DNA of 64,000 nucleotides from Kudoa neothunni (Eukaryota; Animalia; Cnidaria): NCBI GenBank assembly GCA_964304625.1, contig OZ199839.1, positions 6,762,234 to 6,826,233 of the forward strand, read 5' to 3'. Shown piece by piece: positions 55,006 to 64,000 of this stretch (position 1 is its first letter; each line of letters starts with the position of its first letter). The notes under the pieces were generated by a model. It saw only the letters and a program-made list of their open reading frames with translations, ran no database searches and was not told where the DNA came from. The position numbers and the translations under genes were made by a program.

Positions 55006-57911
55006 TTAAAAATAAGAATTTAGTTTTTATTCTTCCAATATCCAAAATAGAATCCAGCACCGAGGATAATGATCAATACTGGAACAATCACCCCAACAAT
55101 TCTATAATGAATAATTAACATAATACATTTTAAATTAGATACATTGTATTTTTCGACCTAAAATAAGTATAAGAAAACATCCTATTATCGTAATTTACGT
55201 GGATTTATTTGATTTTTCACCTAGATAAAAAATTTAAAATTATTTAATAAAAACTTGACAATTACCTTGTTTGATTTCAGCCGAACCGGAAATATTATTA
55301 TCTGTACTGTGAAATAAAACCAATCGGTAATTGGCTGTATCCTCAACATTTTCAATTGTGAATTCCTTGCACAATGGAAACACGGAACAACCTCTATCGC
55401 CAATAACCATACATTTTTTAACAATTGGTTTAGAAACATCTGTCCAATCTCTTAATTCCCATTTGCATAACGATGTTACTGCTACACCGGTAGGAAGAGT
55501 AGTTGATATGTGTAAGGTTTTTTCGTCTCGTGTAATCACCGAGATTAATTGTTTGGTAATATCTGCAGTAGGTGTAGGGAATGAATCTAAATAATAAATT
55601 AATATCAAATATATATATTGAAAATTTATTACATTTCGATATATCAATGGAAGTTTCTTCAGATCTACCAACAGCTGTCACCAAAACTTTATATTCTTTT
55701 TCTGCCTCGTATACTTCATGGAATATAATATTTGTGCATAAAGGCGGTTGAGCGCATGAGGGAATAGCGGTGTTTGTTTTAGAAGATGTTTCATCCTTTT
55801 GCTGTTGACCCTCAGTTGATCTAGCTATTAGTATTTTTGATGCTGCTTTATTGGGTGAATTCCTATTGTTTGTTGAAGGAGATGCGGCCGGGCATTGATA
55901 TATTAAGTCGAATTCTTCCCCCTTCTTTACTTGCACTTTGTAATGGCAAACTATTGTAGGATCTGGGGTCGACAATGCACCTATCAACTTAAAACCTTTA
56001 TCCAGAAATTGCGACTGGAGTGTAAGCACTGACATTGCTAGAAAGAAATTTATTAATTTTTATTTCAAACGTTTGGTTACCTGTTTTTATTTGATGTACT
56101 TTTGACCCATAATCTTTATGTGCAACAACCTTTAGATCATATTCAGTTCCAGGTGTCAAACCTAGGATATTTTGAGTATCTCTACAATAACCTCTGCATG
56201 GATAACTATCTTGACACATCGCACACAACATAAACATCCTTCCCGCGTGGGCTTATATAATAAGCACAGGTAGGGTCTTCATTTGTACGTGCCCCAGTAC
56301 CATCTATCGCCTTTAACGATGATGTTGTTTCTGTTGTTGTTGGGTTTTTTTCCATAAAAGATTTATCTGCGTGTTTTTCTGCCAATAAAAATTCTTTACA
56401 AATTTATTTCATAAATTATATACCCTGTACGAATAAATATATGTTCCTTAAAATTTGCAGGTTTACCGCTTGAATTAGATGATGCGATTTCAAGGATATA
56501 TGACTTACCATTACTGAGTTGCTTAATTGTTAAAACTGTGGTACAGCCGTTGTCACATACCGTTTCGCCGGAATCAATACATTTAGCGCCCACATCAGCA
56601 GCAGGCAGGGGTTTATCGGCTTCATAATAATTTACAGTACAAGATGTGAATACGGTATTTCCTCGTGGCTTAAACAAAGGAACATTTAAAGTAACTCCAG
56701 TTGACGTAAAAACCCGATAATAAGGTTCCACTAGCAGCAGCAGTTTCTGTGACAACTATGAAAAAATTAAAAAATATGTGATATATATCAACTACCAAAT
56801 TTATCCTGAATATATCCAAGGTAATTTGTACCAGTTTTTGCTAATGGTACATGTCTTGTTTGAATCAATATTTGAACCAGAGATTTAGAAGGTTCAAACG
56901 CAAGCTCCACATTATTACATGGTGCATAACAATCTTTTTGGGCCGATCCACAATTCGATTTATAATCATTTTCGCTTGTATTTGTTATTGGTGTTGTGTG
57001 ATCTCTTACACTGAAGCGGCATATTTCGAAGGGGAATTTATTTGTAAATTTTAATAAATACTTATTTTTTTCAGCCGAGCTGTAAGTCAAATAATATTGT
57101 GGTTTGTAAACATCAAATGTTGTTAAAGTATATTTATTCTGAAGTTTGTAAAAGAAACTGGGATAGTTTTCACATCTCATTTCATAATGTGGGATCATTA
57201 AGTCAAATTCAACTTCATTCGCAGTATTTGCATTGGCACAATCATTTCCTTCTGTCCCATCTACGTACTTTACATCCTTGTAAAATATAGGGCATTTAAC
57301 TCGTTTACATGTTATTGTGCTCAGTTTCAATTTACGTACATTTGTGGTTATAGTAACTTGTGGATTCACCAATAATGCTATAGAAAAATATATCAACCAT
57401 TAAATATAACATAATTACGTAATTCGAGACCAAACACGGCTCCACCCCTGAGTCTTTACCTTAAGTGTCTCAATCTGGTCACCAGTGAAAGCAGCAATAT
57501 ACTTAGTTCTTGGAGATAATTTGTCAAATTCTAATTTATTGTCATCTCCGACGCAAGTCCTAACGCATTTTTGAGGAACATTTTCCGTATCATCATTAGG
57601 GCACACAGTAATATCTTCCAAATCACTGTCTTGTTCATTCGACTTTTTAATGTAGCATTTTTTGGAATCTGAATACTCAGTGCCACTTAATATTAAATTA
57701 ACTTTCAGTTTAGTTTGCCCATCCGCTTCCTCCTTCACAAGCTTATAAGTCAGTGAGTTTGTATTAACCGGAGAAGTTTGTGACTGTGCTTGTGAATATA
57801 TGAGAGTGAATTGAGCTATATGATATTTTAAAACGATATTTCATGTTCTTTATATTTACAAAAAAGGACAGTATAAATTCCTAGGAAGGAAACCATATTT
57901 CTCATCGTCAT
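55006..57911 (-). pseudogene. Cys-rich FN3-like type I membrane protein, copy A (three +1 frameshifts; pseudogene or assembly error)
   Basis: Same 10-exon structure as copy B, but with single extra bases at 57445-57448 (CCCC vs CCC), 56708-56712 (AAAAA vs AAAA) and 56227-56228 (AA vs A) that break the frame. Confidence 0.65.
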
Positions 57912-59671
57912 CTGTATAATATATAAAATCGATAGCTTTCGTTCTATATAAAAATAAAAATTCTATTGGCATACAATTTATGTATACGGGATTATAAACT
58001 CGGTGTATAACCTAGTTCATTATCAATATAAATAAAACGGGTTTGATATTAGAAACAGATTAAATAATATTAATATGTTAATTTATATTCTTTCAAGTTC
58101 AATAAAAAAGTTGGCGTAATTTAATTTTTGAAATATTGAATTAATTTTATATATATATATATATAACTATAGTAGATAAAAATTTATTTATCATTCACGT
58201 AAATTTTGAAATTATATATAACACCAAAAATATCCATTTAATCGTTTTATTATTTTAGTTTTGTTAAAAATATATTTCTTAAGTCGTATGTCAATTTTTT
58301 TATTATGATATCAAAATATTTTTAATATATTTCATTTTATTTTAATTTAATTTATATTAATTAGCATGAATTAAATATTATATGGATTTAACAAAATATA
58401 ATTTAATCTAATAAATACGTCCTAAATAATTTGGGATATGTTTGACTTTAGAATACTTTTTTTCTCGATTCAGTTTGATTTCAATATATTATAATTTATT
58501 AAAATTAATTCATGTACAATACACAATGATGACTAATTAAATCAATAATTCGATTAATTTTAAAACTTTAGAGTAAAAATTTATTTACAGATTAACCATA
58601 ATTAAAAATACATTGATATAGTTTTCAGGTTGTGTTACATAAAAGTTAAGCGAATGTAACGATTAATAATAAAAATAATACATATTACGTTAATACACAA
58701 CAATACGGAGCAGTTTTAATGTCTACCTTTAGGAAAAATTAAATAACGTTAATCTCACTACTGCTTTAATACAATAATTTTTTTAAATTTTAAACCTCGA
58801 TTCCTTAGTTTTCAATCCTACATCTACAAATAACCGGTTCCTGTAATAATGGGGCTATTAGTCCAATCTGATATAATTTAATCGTTGAATTTAAAAATAA
58901 ACATGTTCATTATTTTTCATTAGCATCACCAATTTTTTACCTAAATAGTTCTAGCTATAGCATTAATTCATAGTTACCGATTTTAAACTGTTAAACTCAA
59001 TTCATTAATTTTCTATAATTTATAGCAGGAAAGTTAAAATAAAATCCTCAACAAAGATTTTTAATAATCAAAAATTTATTTTAATTATTCCAAATAATAA
59101 AATGAAGTAGATATTTATATTAACTAAAATTATTCTAATTGAAACTCTAACAAATTCTTTAATATACAAATTAAATCAAAGTATATACAGAATATTACCG
59201 ACATTTTCATGAAGAAATTTCTACCTTTCACTTAATATTCTTGTATTATTCTTCATTAGTTTTTAAACATTATAAAGTTACTTTTGTAATAATTAATGGT
59301 GGTTAAGACAAACAGTATTATCGGTACAAACAAACTTATTTGACAATTAAGTGAAATTCTCGAGACAATATTCGAGTAGGGTTAATTTAATATGATCGGC
59401 CATTAAAAATAAAAATTCCAATTAATAAACTGAGGAAAAATATGTTGATCGCATGATTTAGTAACTTGGTTATTTTCGTCTAATTTTAATTCAAATCGAC
59501 TTAAAATTCACATACTAGTTAAATGAATTAAAAACATCACTGCTCAATATATGTTTATCAAATGTGAAATGTTTATAGAAGAGTTCGTAAATTTAGCTAT
59601 TGAAACAGAAAAAAATTTAATTATAAATTGTTAATGTTATCAAAAATATGGTTAGTCAAGGACATCGTTTT

Positions 59672-62572
59672 TTAAAAATAAGAATTTAGTTTTTATTCTT
59701 CCAATATCCAAAATAGAATCCAGCACCGAGGATAATGATCAATACTGGAACAATCACCCCAACAATTCTATAATGAATAATTAACATAATACATTTTAAA
59801 TTAGATACATTGTATTTTTCGACCTAAAATAAGTATAAGAAAACATCCTATTATCGTAATTTACGTGGATTTATTTGATTTTTCACCTAGATAAAAAATT
59901 TAAAATTATTTAATAAAAACTTGACAATTACCTTGTTTGATTTCAGCCGAACCGGAAATATTATTATCTGTACTGTGAAATAAAACCAATCGGTAATTGG
60001 CTGTATCCTCAACATTTTCAATTGTGAATTCCTTGCACAATGGAAACACGGAACAACCTCTATCGCCAATAACCATACATTTTTTAACAATTGGTTTAGA
60101 AACATCTGTCCAATCTCTTAATTCCCATTTGCATAACGATGTTACTGCTACACCGGTAGGAAGAGTAGTTGATATGTGTAAGGTTTTTTCGTCTCGTGTA
60201 ATCACCGAGATTAATTGTTTGGTAATATCTGCAGTAGGTGTAGGGAATGAATCTAAATAATAAATTAATATCAAATATATATATTGAAAATTTATTACAT
60301 TTCGATATATCAATGGAAGTTTCTTCAGATCTACCAACAGCTGTCACCAAAACTTTATATTCTTTTTCTGCCTCGTATACTTCATGGAATATAATATTTG
60401 TGCATAAAGGCGGTTGAGCGCATGAGGGAATAGCGGTGTTTGTTTTAGAAGATGTTTCATCCTTTTGCTGTTGACCCTCAGTTGATCTAGCTATTAGTAT
60501 TTTTGATGCTGCTTTATTGGGTGAATTCCTATTGTTTATTGATGGAGTTGCGGCTGGGCATTGATATATTAAGTCGAATTCTTCCCCCTTCTTTACTTGC
60601 ACTTTGTAATGGCAAACTATTGTAGGATCTGGGGTCGACAATGCACCTATCAACTTAAAACCTTTATCCAGAAATTGCGACTGGAGTGTAAGCACTGACA
60701 TTGCTAGAAAGAAATTTATTAATTTTTATTTCAAACGTTTGGTTACCTGTTTTTATTTGATGTACTTTTGACCCATAATCTTTATGTGCAACAACCTTTA
60801 GATCATATTCAGTTCCAGGTGTCAAACCTAGGATATTTTGAGTATCTCTACAATAACCTCTGCATGGATAACTATCTTGACACATCGCACACACATAAAC
60901 ATCCTTCCCGCGTGGGCTTATATAATAAGCACAGGTAGGGTCTTCATTTGTACGTGCCCCAGTACCATCTATCGCCTTTAACGATGATGTTGTTTCTGTT
61001 GTTGTTGGGTTTTTTTCCATAAAAGATTTATCTGCGTGTTTTTCTGCCAATAAAAATTCTTTACAAATTTATTTCATAAATTATATACCTGTACGAATAA
61101 ATATATGTTCCTTAAAATTTGCAGGTTTACCGCTTGAATTAGATGATGCGATTTCAAGGATATATGGCTTACCATTATTGAGTTGCTTAATTGTTAAAGG
61201 GTCGGCGCAATCTGTATTGCACAATGTTTCTCCCGAATCATTACATTTGGCTCTCCCAGCAGGATCAAGTACAGGTTTATCGGCTTCATAATAAGTTACA
61301 GTGCAAGATGTGAATATAGTATTTCCTTGTGACTTAAACAAAGGAACATTTAAAGTAACTCCAGTTGACGTAAAACCCGATAATAAGGTTCCACTAGCAG
61401 CAGCAGTTTCTGTGACAACTATGAAAAAATTAAAAAATATGTGATATATATCAACTACCAAATTTATCCTGAATATATCCAAGGTAATTTGTACCAGTTT
61501 TTGCTAATGGTACATGTCTTGTTTGAATCAATATTTGAACCAGAGATTTAGAAGGTTCAAACGCAAGCTCCACATTATTACATGGTGCATAACAATCTTT
61601 TTGGGCCGATCCACAATTCGATTTATAATCATTTTCGCTTGTATTTGTTATTGGTGTTGTGTGATCTCTTACACTGAAGCGGCATATTTCGAAGGGGAAT
61701 TTATTTGTAAATTTTAATAAATACTTATTTTTTTCAGCCGAGCTGTAAGTCAAATAATATTGTGGTTTGTAAACATCAAATGTTGTTAAAGTATATTTAT
61801 TCTGAAGTTTGTAAAAGAAACTGGGATAGTTTTCACATCTCATTTCATAGTGTGGGATCATTAAATCAAATTCAACTTCATTCGCAGTATTTGCATTGGC
61901 ACAATCATTTCCTTCTGTCCCATCTACGTACTTTACATCGTTGTAAAATATCGGACATTTAACATTTTTACATGTAATGGTGCTCAATCTCAATTTACGA
62001 TCATTTGTGGTTACAGTAACTTGTGGATTTACCAATAATGCTAAAAAAAATTATATCAACCAGTTTGTATTATTTAATTACGCAATTCTAACCCAAACAC
62101 AGCTCCACCCTGAGTCTTAACTTTGGCCGTATCAACTGTTTCACCAGTGAAAACAACGAAATACTTGGTTCTTGGGGAAAACTTGTCAAATTCTAATTTA
62201 TTGCCATCTCCGTCGCAAGTCCTAACACATTTGCCAGATGCTTTTTCTTGATCATCATTGGGGCATGTACTAATATCTGCCAAACCATTGTCTTGATCGT
62301 TCGATTTTTTAATGTAACATTTTTTGGAATTTGAATACTCAGTGCCACTTAATACTAAATTAACTTTCAATTTAGTTTGCCCTCCCGCTTGCTCTTTCAC
62401 AAGCTTATAAGTCAATGATTTTGTATTAGCCGCAATAGTTTGGGGCTCTGGTTGTGGATATATGAGAATAAATTGAGCTATATGTTATTTTAAACGATAT
62501 TTCAAGTTCTTTATATTTACAAAAAAGGACAGTATAAATTCCTAGGAAAGAAACCATATTTCTCATCGTCAT
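59672..62572 (-). CDS. Cys-rich, fibronectin type III-like multi-domain type I membrane protein, copy B (~840 aa, intact)
   Basis: Signal peptide MTMRNMVSFLGIYTVLFSQFTLIYS. ~100-130 aa exon-encoded modules with FN3 tyrosine-corner motifs (FSPRTKY, LNNGKPYILEI, LTPGTEYDLKVVA, VEDTANYRLVL). Micro-exons of 22 and 15 bp, TM helix IIVGVIVPVLIIILGAGFYFGYW, and a short tail KNKKLNSYF*. Confidence 0.85.
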
Positions 62573-64000
62573 CTGTATAATATATAAAATCGATAGCTGT
62601 CGTTCTATATAAAAATAAAAATTCTATTGGTATTCAATTTACGTATACAGGATTATAAACTCGGAGTATAACCTAGTTAATTATCAATATAAATAAAACG
62701 GGTTTGATATTAGAAACAAATTAAATAATAGTAATATGTTAATTTATATTCATTCAAGTTCAATAAAAAAGTTGGTGTAATTTTATTTTTAAAATATTGA
62801 AAGAATTTATATATATATATATAGACTTAAGTAGATTTTATATTGTAGAACTACCTTTAGCGAACACAGTAATGCCCGTTTTTAGTTTATAAATTATAAT
62901 AATAACAAGCAGAAATAATCTTAGATTTTTTTTCGTTTACGAATTTAAGTGTAAACCAAGAATTTTATTTTGTTTTAAGTTAGTAATCTTTGTTATAAAG
63001 TGTACCTATATTTTGTTAATAAAATTTAATTATAATTATTTAGATATACACAGCATTTTTTAAGCCTAAAAAATTGAATTAATTATTTGTTTCAAAGAGT
63101 TATTACCATATAAGATTAAATTTTACTAAAACCATGAAGTTGCAGATGTTTTTTATGATCATTTCAAACAACTGAATTATAATTTATAATTTGTAAAATC
63201 ACTAAATGAAAACTTTTATAAAAACATTCTTTATACTTGTTAGGATAATAACTCGAAAATAAACTTATGTACTGTAATTTATTGAAATTATTTTAGAAAT
63301 ATTGAGTAACATAATATTTTATAAATTTTTAATAAAAATACATTACTTAAATGTATTTATTTCGATATACATATATTTATAGCTACTATTTTTACGGCGA
63401 AAGTTATTGAAAAAAAAGATTTAAGAGGAAGAAATAAATTATATTAAATATATTTGAAACATTATATAAATTAATATATTATTAAACATTAATGACATTT
63501 TTTTAAAACCTTATCGTATTCATGTACAAATATTTAAATTTAACATCTTGGAGAAATACAATACAAATATAATCATTTATCTACTAAAACTAAGTTATAA
63601 AATATTATATTTATTAATTCATTTATTTTACATAAATACCTAGAAGGAGAATTATTGATATCCCAAGTTATCTCAAAATATAAAATATATTATTTATATG
63701 GCAGTGTCTATTGGCCCGACGTGGGGTCAATAGCAACTTCCGATCGGCTGCGACTATTGGCCCTAACAAATTGATTTATTTAATTTTCGAGCCTTTAATT
63801 ATAGTAAATCTGTGTTGTCTGATATAAAACAACTTGCAATTGTGTACTTAATTTTTTTATCGAGTTATATCGGTTAAAAATATTCTGTAGAATGTAATAT
63901 GTTTCGACTAAATGGACCGTAAGAAGTCTTTATATTGAGTTTATGAGTTATTTATTTATTCAAATGAACATTTTTAGTTCTGATTTAACTATTAATTATC

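Larger units (their letters stand above)
54579..62823. repeat. tandem direct duplication (units ~54579-58165 and ~59244-62823, offset ~4666 bp)
   Basis: Long runs of identical sequence and identical ORF translations at +4666 bp. Both units end at a (TA)n tract. Confidence 0.95.

Noticed and set aside
1-64000. Prokaryotic features (operons, CRISPR arrays, rRNA/tRNA)
   Set aside because: The genes are spliceosomal-intron-rich eukaryotic genes. No regularly spaced repeat-spacer array, rRNA or tRNA cloverleaf was seen.

Overview
Very AT-rich eukaryotic genomic DNA with many short (~35-70 bp) GT-AG introns, so the ORF track shows only exon fragments. The short introns, highly divergent housekeeping genes and dense DNA transposons suggest a reduced animal parasite, possibly a myxozoan (inference only). 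By manual splicing the window holds: (1) two paralogs of an unknown ~390-405 aa protein with identical exon structure (3.15-4.48 kb, 9.6-11.0 kb); (2) a dispersed cluster of five 4-exon secreted saposin-like (SAPLIP) genes (13.4, 23.4, 29.2, 31.0, 39.9 kb), four carrying a 7th cysteine; (3) an ABCG half-transporter; (4) SRP9 head-to-head with an intronless HEAT-repeat gene; (5) VAC14; (6) a ~3.6 kb tandem duplication of a Cys-rich, FN3-like type I membrane protein gene, near-identical except for hypervariable patches, one copy frameshifted; (7) at least six TTAA-flanked piggyBac-type elements, plus Helitron-like, IS630/Tc1 and hAT remnants and a perfect 30-bp hairpin. The saposin array and the mosaic surface-protein pair are the most interesting systems.
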